This document shows, piece by piece, positions 36,270-51,500 of a stretch of 64,000 bases of DNA. The position numbers were made by a program, and so were the translations under genes. The notes beneath the pieces are model-generated. The model was not told where the DNA came from. It did no database searches and saw only the letters and a program-made list of their open reading frames with translations. The number at the start of each line of letters is the position of its first letter. The first letter of the stretch is position 1. This DNA is from Paragordius varius (Eukaryota > Animalia > Nematomorpha): assembly GCA_964247055.1 (NCBI GenBank), contig OZ176052.1, forward strand, positions 5,642,001 through 5,706,000, given 5' to 3'.

Positions 36270-37879
36270 GTTTCGATTATGTTTTTAAATAGTAATTTAT
36301 TGTCATATTTAAATATGAACTTTATTCTACGCTAACCTTTTTTATAATTTTGTAAAAAATTCATCCACTATTTTTTGCAATCGATGTTTCGAAAACGGCT
36401 TCCTTTGGTAGTTTTTTCTTGGTTTAAAAAGAGATTAGCTTCTGTGTTCGGATTAGACATATTAAGTTAATTTGGGTAAATGTGTGTTCTGGCATTTAGT
36501 AACGAATATCTCCAGCTTTTATAAATACGAAAAATGTTACTGAAAAACTGTTTTTAGAAGTCGGTGCTTCAATTTAGTTAAAAGTTAAAAATTTTAATTT
36601 AAAATATACCATTTACAAATCAAATTCACCCTTGAATAATTTACCATCCTCGAACAATTCAAATTCACCCTAAAAATAAATTGTGTTTTTGGGCTAATAT
36701 AACTCATCATAAATATAAAATATATTCTTATGGCATAGTTTATAATTTTTTCAGTATTATATTAATTTTAAACGTAATTTTATTTTAAATATAAAAAAAT
36801 ATAGGTAATTTTTAATCTTAAAAATCACATAACTTCTTCTAGGGTGATTTTGAATTGTTTGAGGAATTCGAATTGTTTGAGGATGAATTTGAACTGTAAA
36901 TAGTATATATATATATACTTTTGTTTTTTAGAATTATATGTTGATTTTAGAGTTGGTAAAAGATTCGAATATATTAACACTATATTTTTTTAATAAAAAT
37001 ATTTTTAAATTATAATTAATTTACATCAAAATAGACAGAGGTTTTTGTCATATTTTACTTACAATATATATTTTTCCATCCCTAAACACTTAGCTAGTTT
37101 TTATATATTAATTTGATTATGTCCGGATGTATATAGTTAAAAACTTAAAACTTTATAAAACAAATTAATTTAGTATTTTCATAAACCTGCTTTTTGTCTC
37201 TTTATAATATCAAGTTTTTGGAATGAAGTGATTGGCCTCCACTAGAAATTCTCCCAACTTTTGAGATAATTTATAAAAATTCTCTTATAAAATGTTTAAT
37301 GTGTTTGCTAAAAATAAATTTTTGCAGAGGTATTCTTCGAATGCAACATGAATCCGATTTTTTAGATTAAGCTATTAACCTTTTTATCTTTAAAATATCA
37401 AATTTTTATATACATTATTAAACCCGACAATATGTTATGTTAATTAAATTTAATTATATATATATATATATATATAACAGAATGCATCGCAAAAAGAGAA
37501 GTACTATAAACAAATCGGATCTCAGGGTTCACTTGATAAATGATAGAAAATGAAATAGTATGTAGTAAATAAATGATATTATATATTAAATATAATAAAG
37601 AATTTTACGATTTTTACTCACACTATCATTTGATGTTACCAATTCTGTTCTATGGTAAAATGCCAACTCAGTATTCGGACTTAATATTAAGTACTGTTAT
37701 TTAATATAAATTATTATTAACATACAATTAATTGCTTTCTTGCATTATGAAATCATTTGCAAAGTAGATCATCATAACACTGGACAACAAATTTTGACTT
37801 TTTTAAGTGCCGTTTTTGTAAATTTAAAATTTATATTAGTACAAAAATAGTATATCTGAAAAATAAATGTTTTAACACC

Positions 37880-38820
37880 TAATATTTTTTATTAGGGTTT
37901 ATCAAAAAAATTTGTCCCTGATTTAACATTAAACTCGATTTTTTTAAAATTAAAAGTATTAGATATATAACCATTTACTTTATATCATTCGAAAGACCGC
38001 AAAAAACCAAATCTTTCGGATAGATAATCATTTAAATCAATCTGATGTAAAAGTTAATTTGGTTTTATATAGTCAAAATTTTCACAGACAAACTAGTTTA
38101 AAAATTATATAAATTATTTTATATAATTATTAGGGTAACATCAGTACAAAATTAAGATAAATTGAAAATTTGGCCTGCTTATTTTAACAATAATCATTAA
38201 TATCAAAATTATTTTACTTAGATACTAAAATGCATAGTTATAATTGTAAATATATTACATAATAGTATTTACAATAAAACCTTAAATTTTTTTGTCTAGT
38301 CTTTAAAATTCTAATTCTTCTAAGGAAAATAATTAATACTATGATAATTTTTTAAAAAACAAAATTAAAAAATGGTTGACATCAAAGCAATAAATAAGTG
38401 TTTCAATTAAAAAAACTTTTTTGTGTTTTCTTTTCAAGACATTCATTGCCATCTACACAAAGTTTAATCCATTTTCATCCATTAGTTTTAAAAATATATT
38501 AATTAATAAAAACGCTTTCGCTTCGCAGGTTTGTCGCTTCTTATGTCCAATATTAGCTATCTATGCAAAATTATTAGTATGCATTATATAGAGTTTTCAT
38601 TACTCTTTCGAATGGTATATTCAAATGGGCATTTGTTATATAATTTCGTATAAAAATATTTTTTAGTAAAATGAGGGCGCATAATCATTAAAAATCAAAT
38701 TCTAAAATATTCTTAGGTGGAAGTAAAATTTTTAATTTAAATTTTCTGGTAAAATTATAGTAATATAAAAATGCAAAAAACTTGAATGGTCGAAAAATTT
38801 GTTGTCTGTAATATACTATT
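37880..38820 (+). repeat. Dispersed ~0.9-kb repeat; second direct copy at ~43615-44450
   Basis: Colinear blocks such as TTTATCAAAAAAATTTG..GATTTAAC, CATTGCCATCTACACAAA, CTTATGTCCAA and TACAAATGGGCATTTGTT occur in both copies. Confidence 0.7.
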
Positions 38821-40399
38821 TGTTAAATATTGGAATAAAAATTAAATATTGAAACTTAAATTTGAATAATTCATCTAAAGTTAAGAATTTTTAAGCCATC
38901 AAGATTTTCATTAATTTTGGGATAACAAAATTATGCTCATATTACCCTATTAAATGTATCGCCAATGATATTTGGATTTTGAAAGAAATATTATTTGTAT
39001 AAATCGGAACGATGTATTCTGATCATGTTTGCCAATCTGACTTAATTTTAAAAATTAATTTATAGGCGATATAATCATTGATTTTTGTAGAAAAGGTGTA
39101 CAATATTTAGAAATGTTTTACATAATTTTTTATATGATTAATACATAATTTTTTCAGATATTGTTAGCGAATAGCGTTGTCTCAAAATTCAACCCCAACC
39201 CAATATTTTTCAAAAACCCCATTTTTACCAAGGGTGAGCTGGCCGATTAACTAATTCAAAAATATGGCGCAGTGACCCTTGCATTCGAAAAAAATAAAAA
39301 AAACAATTAAAAATTTGAATTTTCCTCCAAATTGCTTCATCAATATTTTTTAATAAATTCCCATTTTTACAAGGGCCGGGAACTTAGGGGCCTATTCAAA
39401 AATGGCTTAGTCATCCACGGCGTATTCCAGAATGGTTTACATTCATAATTGGGACATGTTTTCCAACATCCTATTTTATCGAGCTGGAGTGAAACTGGGT
39501 TAGATTAAAACGGCTTAGTCACTTTCAGTGCATTTGTAAATGATTTGGAATTTGATGAGCCTACATTTTTTCCCCAACATTGTTTCAAAGCCCATCTATA
39601 TTTTTATGAATATATAAATTAGTGGAATCGAAATTCCGAAACGGAACCAGATTTTGTACAATTTTAAGTGGTTGGCTAAACTATAGTTAAATTCCTCTTT
39701 AAAATCGGCTGTGGTTTATATTTTAATATTTTATGCAAACTCTTATGCAAAAATCAGAATTAAATAATCTAAAATTGATATAAACTAAAACGATATCTAA
39801 CTTTGTTATAAGAGGTTTATTTAGAGCAAAGATTAATATATTAAAACCAAATAAATATTCAATTATTCTAAGTAAAATACTATGCCTAATAATAAAATTA
39901 TTCCATATTTAATATTTTCTAAAAGACTGAATAACCTGCATTTAAAAAATGTCAAGTAAGTGAACTATTTAAAAGTAAGAATTAAAGTCTTAGTTTGGTT
40001 GCCAATTGCTGTTCCGATCTCCGAGCCTGTTGTGGATTAATTTAAGCAAATCAAACACGAAACCGGTTATGATCTATAAATAATTGTTGAAACAAATTAT
40101 AAATTTGCTATATTATAAATAATCAATTATTTAAAAAGGGAGACCGAGGTTTTGATTGAAATATATCTACCGGTGCAATACTCCGAAACTACATTAGCCT
40201 ATACATAGTTCGGTCAAAACGTAAGATTACATTTTAGTGTAATTATGGAATATTTGGATTACTTTAAATTATCATAGAGGGAATCGGAATGAAAATCTAT
40301 ATGCTAGTTGTGCCTCTGATAAATATCCAAATAAGGACAATGTTGGGTCATTACATATTCAAATTTAAAACACATATTCCGCTGATAATACTCTACGAT

Positions 40400-41830
40400 T
40401 GTTTCCAAAAAATCTTTATCGGATAAAATTCCTGAGGAATCGGGTAATTTATTTTTAATACATATCCCGAAGGAAATACCAAAATATGTAATAATTACAG
40501 AACAATATATCTAACGATTCAAAAGTCTAATATCATCTTAAAAATCATGCAAATACGACTTCAATGTGTGTTAGAACCAGAAATATTACTTACTCAGGCT
40601 GGTTTCCGAAAAGGGAGAAAATGTGCGATGGAAAATGGAGAAACGTATAGAATTAAGCTGTTTAGATTTTTCCAATTTGACTCCATCCAACATAATCAAC
40701 TTTCATTCTAACAGCTAGGAGTTTCAACGCATCTAAAAATAATTACTCAAGTTTGACTGCTACGGTTTTTACAAATGATGGGGTAACTCATACATACATG
40801 GTGGGGTTACGTCAGGGCTGCGTATTATCGTTATTCTGTTTAATGCATATCTAATGCATTATGTGAAATTTACTCCATACATTCTATTCATTATGCAGAT
40901 GATATCTTCACAGTCCTGCCTATTATCACTAATAGTGCAACTTCGTAAATGATGGGCTACAGATAAATCTTTCAAAAATAAAAATATTTCAAATTAACCC
41001 GAAAGTTTCTAATGTTTCAATAACTGTTAACGGGCATTCTATTAAAATAGTCAAAAATACACATATCTCGTGATTTTAATATGTGACTATTAATTGTACT
41101 CCCAAGATCAAACGTAGTATAGCTATGGCTAAAACGGTCGCAACTAGAGGGGGAGCGAGGGGGAGCTCATGCATCGGGCGCCATAGTTGAAGGGTCGCCG
41201 GATTTTAAAAAATTGAATTTTATTTAAAAAAATAGGTATATAAAAGTTATTATTTTAAATAATACATGGAAAATCAGCCATTTATGAGTGCGACCACGGC
41301 TGAATTTGATTAATTTTTTTAAATGCAAGGGTTCACATGGAGGAAGAGGTGGTGCCATCACAGATTTATGTACCGGACGCCAGAAATGCAAGCTACGCTT
41401 CTGAAAGTCCGCAAGTAATTATTACAAAATTTGAGCATACCATGCTGTCAGCTTAAAACTAAAATTCCGCTTACAAATGCAATCATTTTTCCAACTTTTC
41501 TCTGAAGGTGTGAAGGTTGAACCCCTAAAAAATCGACGAACGGATAATAAATTTTGAACTCTGGGTGTGAAGATAACTCCTTTCAAATCAACAAAATAAT
41601 CTACAACACAATTTTAAATAATATCACCGATATGTCATTGCTTGGAAATTGGAAATCTTTGATGTTGGGAAAGTTAATGGTCTACCTAAAAGGGGCCGAA
41701 TAAGAATAAGGTGAATGAACAATATAAAAGTCATTGCAACCTTGGCAAAACTTAACATTAAAACTAAAAATCGCAATCTATGGAGAAGTTTTATTTACAA
41801 TATTGCAAAAAGTCGACCTCGACTGTAGCA
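40400..41830 (+). mobile_element. Decayed RTE-like LINE (RT and C-terminal region), interrupted by a MITE
   Basis: Motifs YRTIYL..QKSNIILKIMQIRL, QAGFRKGR, GLRQGCVLS, IHYADDI (YADD at 40892-40903), LQINLSKIK, KIKRSIAMAK, then after the insertion LKTKIPLTNAIIFP...NFELW. These match the RTE-clade layout. Confidence 0.8.
41135..41403. mobile_element. hAT-type MITE inserted in the RTE remnant (same family as 44614-44853)
   Basis: Colinear with the 44614-44853 copy. Right end AGCTACGCTTCTG; left end degenerate. Confidence 0.65.
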
Positions 41831-43309
41831 ATACATCCATCCAAATTGCAACAGAAAAATTATATATTTTATGATTTTGGAGAGTGTATAATAGGTTGAT
41901 TAACCAAATTATTTCCGGTTTTTTATTTTAAAATATTGTTCCTACCTGTTTTAACCAATTTATCGTTTTTATGTTTTTACATATTTATTTATATTATTAT
42001 ATAAGAATGCATATTTTTATCACTTTGGTATTGTTAATTGTGTGAATTTTTTTGTTTGACTTTAAAAAGACAAAATGTATCATTGATGACTTGACTGCCA
42101 AAAATATTTTTTTTGCCATAAAATATTTGTACTTTCCCTTTTATTTTCCAACGAGCCTTAGGGCCTGGCCTGTCTAATATACATAAATAATTCCAATAAA
42201 TTTGGTTTAATAAAAATTTAATTTAATAAGTATTATCAATGTTAGAGAGAATATTTTGTTTAAATATATATGCTCTAAAAAAGCCATTTACTGACCTTCA
42301 TCATATTTTTCATAATAATCAAACCTTCTTATGAGAGTCAACGTTTGGCATTTATACCGAATGTTATAGTAATTTATATTTATTTTGGAAGTACACAATA
42401 TAGGAAGGAATGCTAAAAAATTAAATATTTGTAAATATATTTTTTTTATTATAATAGAAATCGAAAATATGGTGATGAAAAACCACAATCCAAAAAATTT
42501 AAACATATTATACAAACCTAAACGGTTCATTTTAAGGGTGTTGAGGTGTGACTTTATCTCATGTATTCTCACGCGCCCACAATATATATGAAAATGGGTT
42601 TATTTTTACACAATATTCGACATTAAATGACTCTTTCATTTTTGTTGAAATATATATATATATATATATTAATAACTGACAATCAGGTAAAAAATGAAAA
42701 TGTACTCAAAAAAATAGATTTACACCAAAAATATTTATTTCTTTACCATTTTTATGTATGCGCATTTGAAAGGAATGTATGTCGTTTATTTTTTTGTTTT
42801 TTCGACTGTCGAGTTACCTGAGGGAAACAAGGGGGTACGAATACCAATTATCACATTTTTATTTTTTTTCAGATTTATGCCTTCATCAAATATATACTAC
42901 ATAATAAAATTTGCACCTAAGTCATTAATACTGAACTTTACAACTCCTAAAAAAATTTTTTTTCATTCTAAATAAATTATTTTATTATTTATTATATTAT
43001 ATTTATTTAGTCATTAATGTGGTTAATTGTTTTAAGTCGAAAAAATGTCAAAAATATTCAAATAACATCGTGAAATAATAGTTTAATAAATCTATTACCA
43101 ATATCTTATATAATTTTCTTACCTTTTTAAAAATAAGTTATTTTGCTTTGATATTTAAAAAAAAGCCAAGTTTATCATAAAAGATAAATTTTACACAATT
43201 CAATAAAATTTATTCTAGACAACAAATTTTGATTTGCCAATTTTGTAAATAAAATTTGGTTCATTTGAGTATATACATCTAAAAAAAATTGGTCCAACAA
43301 AGGTGTATG

Positions 43310-43607
43310 TCCAACACGCATCCCGCCAGCCCAATGCGGCCTTTCAAACATTTTAATAGCCCGAGTGAATTTCCGAAATCAAATTCCAAATATTAGTAAA
43401 ATTGATTTTGTAAAACAAATATTATCTGAATAAGCCTTTCCGAATTATAATAAACTAGCAAATGTTAAAATAAATAGTAATTTTTACAGTTTTATATTTG
43501 AAATTTAATAAAATATTTGTTGATTCCCATATTTTATAAATGCAGTTCGTCGAATTTTTCTGGTCCAAAAATGCGGCCCGCGAAGCCATTTGTGTTGCAC
43601 ACCCCTG
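43310..43607. mobile_element. hAT (Charlie-like) MITE
   Basis: Right end GCGGCCCGCGAAGCCATTTGTGTTGCACACCCCTG. Flanks GTCCAACA and GTCTAACA. Related fragments near 16715, 27040 and 57625. Confidence 0.65.
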
Positions 43608-44613
43608 GTCTAACACATTTATTAGTGTTTATCAAAAAAATTTGACCACGATTTAACATAAAACTGGAAATTTTTAAAATTAAAAATTTAAGATATATAG
43701 CCAAATATTTTATATCATTCGACAGAGCGCAAAAGACTGAATCTTTCGAGAGGTTGTTAGCCATTTAAAATAATCTGAAGTAAAAGTTATTTGGCTTTGT
43801 ATGGCCAAATTCAACCCATAAATAAGTCAAAAATTTCACTGACGAATTCTTTTAAAAATCATATAAATTAATTTAATATAATAATTATAAGGGTTACATT
43901 AAGATAAAATTTAAAAAAAATCTTTGAAGCTTTTTTAATAAAAATGATTATGAAAATTAGATTGCCAAGTTGATTCTAAAATGCATAGTTGCAACTGTAA
44001 ATTTATTAGATAATGGTTAAATATGCAGGATTCATTATATTAATATCTTAAGAATTTTAAAAATATGGGCATAAAATAATAATTAATTTAAAAAAACAAA
44101 ATTAAAAATGGCTTATTCTAAACATAATTGCCATCTACACAAATATATTTATTGACGAAAACGCACTCGCTTTGCGGGTTTGTCACTTACTATGTCCAAC
44201 ATTAACAATCTATGCAAAACATATTGGTGTGCAAATAGATTTTTAATTATTTCGAATGATATATTACAAATGGGCATTTGTTGTATATTTTCAATGAAAA
44301 ATATTTTTAGTAAAATTTTATTAAAGAGGGCACATAATTAGAATAAATCAAATTATGAAATATTCTCAGATTTATTTTTTAATTGAAATCTACTGTTATA
44401 TCACAGAAAATTTCAGAAAATGCAAAAAACCTGAATGTTAGAAAAATTGTTATAGAATTATACGCGGATTTGCAAAAAACAGGAATATATATAACCCCGC
44501 ATGATATGCGACAGCGCTAATAAACCAATTAATTTATCCGATTTTTAAATATTTCTAAACATGACATAATTACGAATTTCACGCTCATAATTATACATAA
44601 ATGCCGCATTAAG

Positions 44614-44853
44614 CAGAAGCGTAGCTAAGGGGAGGAAGGGGGCCGATTCACCGGGCGCCATATTTGAAGGGGTGCCGGATTTTAAAATTTTTATTTTTTA
44701 AAAAAAAATAGGTATGAAAAAACTATAATTTTACACAATACATAAAAAATCACTCATTGATTATTGTATTAAAAAACAAGGGGTTGAATGGAGGGGAAGG
44801 GGTGCCTTTATGGATTCAAGCTCCGGGCGCTAGAAATGCAAGCAACGCCTCTG
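44614..44853. mobile_element. hAT-type MITE, 240 bp
   Basis: TIRs CAGAAGCGTAGCT and AGCAACGCCTCTG. Perfect 8-bp TSD GCATTAAG at 44606-44613 and 44854-44861. Confidence 0.88.
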
Positions 44854-47800
44854 GCATTAAGTTTGATAATACAAGTGTAACAAATTATAGAGGATATTTA
44901 TGTGTCATATTTAAAAAGGTTAATGGAAATCGTTAATTATATGTCATTAACCCAAATCTCTAATATTTGGCTCGGACGCCCTGTCAAGAAGTTTAAAGAG
45001 ACAGAATAAATTCTATAACCCAAAAATTTTAAATTTGTATAGCCTAAATACACCCTAAAGTATTATTTTCTTGGAAAGATGTATTTAAATCTGTGGCAAA
45101 CCCTAAATCACCCAATATATCAACATTGGCTTCTAGTCAGATTATCCATATTTCATTCAACGTTATTTCTGTTATGATTTAGAGAGATAAACATTGTGGA
45201 TGTTAATCTTGCTTACACGATGATTAAGCCCATGCCCTTCTGTGCAAAGCAAAGAGCTTTTAAATTGAAAATTAATTACTTCAGTGTGGACATGATAATT
45301 TTAACAATCATGAAAATAAACTGTAGAAAATTAGGTTGGCTACTCAACATTTTATGTGCCTTTTGACTTTTTTTGCATACCCTAAAAAGGAAGACACATA
45401 CAAAGTTTTTTTTATTACCATTTCTTACGCATAAAAATGAATAAATTTAAATGATACCAATAACTTAACCTGACTTATCATATTAATGTTAAGGTATCCC
45501 TATACACAACAAAATATATATGTTGTCTAAAAAGATAATAAATGATCTTTTTCAATTTGAAATGTTATATAAGTTATAGTAACAACACCTTGAAACACCC
45601 AAATTTTGGTGTGGGGTATTCATTTTTTCCAACGTCTCTCCTGTCTTTTTATTATGAATGTGTATGTGTAGTAAAAATATATATCATCACAGTCACACAA
45701 AACAAAAACTCACAGAAAGCATAAAATAGACAAGGTATGCGAACGAACGACTTTAACTTTTTTTTCGTTTCATCAATAAAAAACGAAAAATAATAAAAAA
45801 TAGAATAGATAGATAGAGAGAGATATTTGAAGACGTGTATCCATCCTGTATAAGTTCTGTAAGTTCATATATGCCTTTCCTTACATTACTTTTGGCGAAC
45901 TTTGAAAAAATTTAAATATTTATTTACCTGAGCCAAAAAAGCAAAAGCAAGCGAACACAAATATCTGCTTGATAATCTTGAGATTTTTTTCTTTCTCCCG
46001 TTATTTTTTTATCTTTTATGTATATTTTACTCATCACACTATATGTAAATTAAATGTATGAATATTACCTATCATCCTCCTTCCTTTTATTTTTGGAGTC
46101 AGTCAATAGTTTAGGTTTAAATTTATTTTTAGCAACATGTTTAAATTAGTTGTTTTGATATCTTTGACAATATTCTATCTCACCAATTATATCAGCACAC
46201 CTTTATATTGTGATTAGTATTTTAAAGTCAAAAAGCATTTACTAAACCATACTGCAATAACGGTTGAATCGAATTCCTCTTAAGTTATCGAAATACGGAA
46301 GATAGATTGATCCAAAGAGCTAATTACTCAATAATTGGTATCATATATTATTAATCTAATTTGGGTTTTATCTTTTAGTGATTATTTTTTCAAAGTTTTG
46401 TGGTTATATATTATAAATATTTTTTGACATATACCACCTATATTTCATATTAAACCACTAGTTATTTTTAGGAAACATAAATTCATACCAGATTATTTTA
46501 GAGGAGTCATTAACCTATATTTATTTTCATTTTAAATGATTTGAAATTATACAAAAGAAAAACATTCAAATTTTTATCTTAGCTTTTCAATCAAATTTAA
46601 ATTTTTCCCCAAAAAATAGATACTAATATTAATTAATTGGTGTGTATGATGCAATTACCATTTAAAAATAATTTAGCTTGTAAAAATTTAATTTGTCTCA
46701 TAACTGTCACTGTAATTATAATAAGCTTATAAGCTAAATTTAAATTCTATCTTTATATACATATATATTTAAATAAAATTTAAAATTAATTTTAAATTTA
46801 TATCATCATTTTTTTATTTTTTTTTTACTCTTCACACAAAATTATCCCGCTGTGGGCACTAATGATTAATATATTTAAGCGTCCATTTTTGTTAAATTTT
46901 CTAAATTTAACAGTGGTGTTTAAATTAAATTTAAAGCAGCTTTCGTTTTAAAATTTAATATTTAAATTTTTTAAAATTATAAACAATCATAGAATTGTGT
47001 GTGAGACTAAGAATTGAATGTAGTGATATTTTTTTAAAGCTTTTAGATTTTTTTAAAATTTTTCAAGCTATGCATCCACATCTTTTCTATTAATAATAAA
47101 AAATGGACATATTAAGATGTAAATAAGCTCACGCCATCATTTAAATTTGTCCAAATTCAAAAATAAATTATTAAAATCTTTCTTTAACCAAACAATTAGA
47201 CATTTTTTCAAATTTGTTATAATTTTTAGTTACACATGGATACTGTTATATTTTGTATAATTTAATAAGTTATTTTAATTAATTTTAATTACAAATAATT
47301 ATTAATAATTATAAACTGCAAAAATAATTTGCCTGTGATAATAGGTAATATAAATTGGAGATATTATCGATAAATTTGATAGTGTTAAAATCGTCGCTAT
47401 TTTAGTAAATGATTAAATTTTACAAAGGGTTTTTGGCCATATCATAATTTACACAGTGAACAAAATCTAAGTTATAAATTCTATATGGTTTAAAATTGGT
47501 ACTTACTGGAAATTTTAGAAGCTATATGAATTTTAGGTAATTTATTGAAATATAACTCAGCAATAATCGTCAGTAAATTAAATTTATCAAACATAAAAAT
47601 AAAATAAAAAATGGTATTTTTTCGCAATCGATTGCAGCGGTTATTTTTCGATAAGGGTTAAATGCTCCAATTAGTATTTTATATCATGTGATACTCATAT
47701 GATAATAATTTAAACCATGTTTTTATTTTTTAATTTTTTTTCATATTGCCAGGCTTAACATTATTGAGAGGTAATGGGTGGCTAGACTACTAAAATGTCA

Positions 47801-48218
47801 TTTTTTAATAGATATCGATATTATTATAGTATCATATTTTTTTAAAAATATATACTTTAATTTTGGCAAAATATTTAGAACCTAATATTATATGATAATT
47901 TGAAGCAGTATGTTGGTAAATTTAAATATTATAATTTCTAAATAATCCGATGTCGACTAATATATCTAACACCTCATATTTTATATTTAGCTCTGGTATA
48001 TCAAATTAATTAAAGGATATATTATTATCAATTTATTTATTTTTTGAAACAAATAATCTAAATCAGTGAGGGCTAAATTTGCGATTTTCACTAAAAATTA
48101 ACAAAAAAATGGTAACTCCAAAGGCACAATCATTATAAAAATACTGATAATTGCTACCAATTTGTATATATTTTATTGAGATAGATTATTCTCTGCAATG
48201 TATTGGTATGTTTCAAAC

Positions 48219-48518
48219 CAAGGGTGCCCAACACAAATGGATTTGCGGGCCGCTTTTTTCAATCAAAAAATACGGCGGGCCACATTTGAAATATGGGCAT
48301 TTATAAATAACTTATCAGATTTCGAACATAAGACTGAAAAATAACGCAATATAACAATTTTTTTCTAGCTCTTGCCAATTGGATGATTTATTTAGAAAAA
48401 TTGTTGATAAATTTCAATTTTACTAAGATTTTTTGAATATGTTTTTGCAAATTATGGATTTGGAAATTTTTCACGGGTTGCACACAAAGGCTCCGATGAC
48501 CGCATGTTGACACCCCTG
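48219..48518. mobile_element. hAT (Charlie-like) MITE, 300 bp
   Basis: Ends CAAGGGTGCCCAACA and TGTTGACACCCCTG. Flanks TTTCAAAC and TTTTAAAC. Confidence 0.75.
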
Positions 48519-51500
48519 TTTTAAACGAATTAAAAGTTATAAAAATTTTATAGCATTTTTGCTCAAATTTTAGTAATTAGATTTGAATTGAGTATGCAAA
48601 CGTATCTAAAAATAAACTTTTGATGTTACATTTGGCCATTTATCTTAATATATGCTGTAGTAATTTAAATTTTGACATTTGATTATTGTTTAAAATTTTA
48701 AATTTTTTATTTTCTATGCTAAGTAATACCAAGGACTCTGAACTTAAATATTACAACAACTAATGTGGCTCATTCATTACATAAGGATTAAAAATTTCAT
48801 AATATTAGTTAATATGTATACTCTTATTTTATAAAAAATATATTGGCAATGCCACTTACTATGTCATAGAGTGACATGTCCTAATAATAATAATCAAAAA
48901 TTTTGTTAATATAAAATTGTTTGCTTTTGCTGTTTTCCACCCTTTTCTTATACAAAATATATAGGGTGGCTGGCTTTATACCACATTTTTTTCTTAACGT
49001 TTCTGTCCCCAAAGAATGCTAATATAACGGTTTCGCATTTTTAAAATAAAATATGTTGTGTTAAAAGAAATAAATAACTCTAAGAATTAAATTTAAAGAT
49101 TAAGAATATAATATTTTACATTTTCTATATTATAGGGGTAGAGTAAACTAAAAAAGTAAACCGCTTTAAAAACTGTCACATTCTAATTTTTAACAAGTAA
49201 GTTAAATTCAAAAAATTAATGTAAATAGAGGAGAAACCTCAAATTGAAATAAAATAAAATTAATGTTTACATATAAACAGCAAAATGACAAACAAAAAGG
49301 ACGCTTAAAATTATACCCACCCCTTTATTAATAACATTTCTAGCAATAATTAGTGTGCCTAGACATACACACACAAATATATAAAAGAGGGGGTTAACAA
49401 ACTAGATTGATTGGGCATGGCAAATTAATAGTTGAAAAATTTTATTTTTATTTTTTATTTTTTAAATTCTATTTTTACATTAACATTTTTGTTTAGATCC
49501 CAGGATTCTTGATTTATTCCACCTCAAATCTCAATCTCAAATATTCGACAATATTCTGGAATACTCTTAGGGAAACACAAGATAAACAAATTTATTTCAA
49601 AAAATTATCTCAGTTTTGGGCATTTCGCCTTACGGCAATAGGATTTAGGGTCAGTATGGACGATTCATTGTATAATTAAATCTCTCTATGCACATATCAT
49701 ATTTTTTTATTCAATTTTATCAATTAATTTACTGTTGAACGCATAATAAATATTATATACATTTTGCATTTAATTGTTCTGGCATAAGCAGAAAAATATA
49801 TTCCCTATATCGTAGAATTGATTGATAAAATAGAATACAAAAATATGACATATGATAGATGACATGAAAGATGTAAATTAATTGTCCGTACTGACTGTAA
49901 ATATGATTGCTAAAAACATCTTTTTTCTTCGTTCGCTTATTAACAAAAATTTTATTTTTCAATGAACTTTTTTTCCAACGCTTCAGACATATGCGCCCAG
50001 GGCACCATCATGCTAAATATAACAGGTAGAGTATTTGCATTGCAAAACAACATATTTATCATTTAATTTTTGTAAAAATATTTTTATATATACTTATATT
50101 GTCAAAAACCAAAATTGATTAATTAATATAGTGTGGGATTATACATATTTCAATATACTTTTGATATTTATGTTTAACAAATATATTTATAAACAATAGG
50201 TATATTTTAGCTCATCCACATTAGGGTTGTACAATTGGCAACACAGTGGAGTGTATGGAGAAAAACATATGGACAAAATGTTGTAATTAAACAATTTTTT
50301 CCTATCTTACCATACTGCGTTTATTTAATTATGGACTAAATTTGTTGCATAACATACGCCACTGTATTAAAAATTTAACCAACAATAATGTGAATAAGTT
50401 AGCATTGTGCTCACTGCATATATAGATAAACCTTAACAGCTAATAAATATTAGAGCACCAGACGATATTTTTCCAAATTACCTCAAAACAACAAAATAAT
50501 GAAAACCGAAATCCCAAAACCGTAATCGGTAAGATCGAATAAACAAAAGAATTTGAATTCTATTTAATACATATGTTTCAAATAAATGAGCAAATAGTAT
50601 GCATTCATGTCTGTGTAGCCTTATATGGCCATTTTTATAATTTTGTACAATAATGCCAAAATTTTTATTAGACCACTTTAAAACTAAAATTTTGATATAT
50701 CCGTCAAAGCACTTTTTCAACCAAACTACCATTTTTAATTTAGTTTGGTTGAAAAAATATAGCTTTTGACTGAAATATGACATATAATTTAAAATTCATA
50801 TATGATTTTTGATTTGAATTAAAAAAATGTAATTTTCTATATTTGTGTACAATCAGTGCTGTTACCAGGCTTAGGGTTTGCGTCATATTTAAATATAAAA
50901 AATTTATTTTCTATGACAATTTTAATTTTTTCGGATAATAATTAATTGAATGTATTTGGTTGAATTCGATTAGCAAATTTTGCTCAATTGTAAACAACTG
51001 TAATAGGGGCCAATATACAAAGCGGTTTGCTTATACATAAAGAATGAAAAATAGAAATATTAATATAATAGATATTTATTTATTGAATATAATCTAAATT
51101 GAGTTTTATATTATTAGATTTTTGATTGTTCAGTTTAAAAAAAACTATATATATATAGATATATTTATGGATGGTTTAAAATATGGTGGTTTAAATAGGT
51201 ATTTCAATCGGTACATAGCAACAATCTTTAAAGTATAACTATTCCACTGTTTATCTGTTAAAATAGCTTTTAATGTGTTTTATTTTTGATCCTAAGTTTA
51301 TGAAAATCAACAAATTTAATGGATATCCAATAGTAAGGATTCTTTGATTTGACATGTATATAATTCACCTATTTTCGTTTCCGATATTGTCATTGAGGCA
51401 AAACTGTGATCTAAATTTTTAATGTTAGAACACCTGTGCAGTATTATACGATTATATTTAGTAGAAATAGGCAAAAATCGAGTCAACATTGCATTGAGAT

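Noticed and set aside
45700-46040. Minus-strand short ORF ending at CAG|GTAAAT and TC-rich UTR-like sequence, considered as distal 5' exons of the GPCR
   Set aside because: There is no coding homology, the following segment hits a stop, and a link across about 27 kb cannot be supported from sequence alone.
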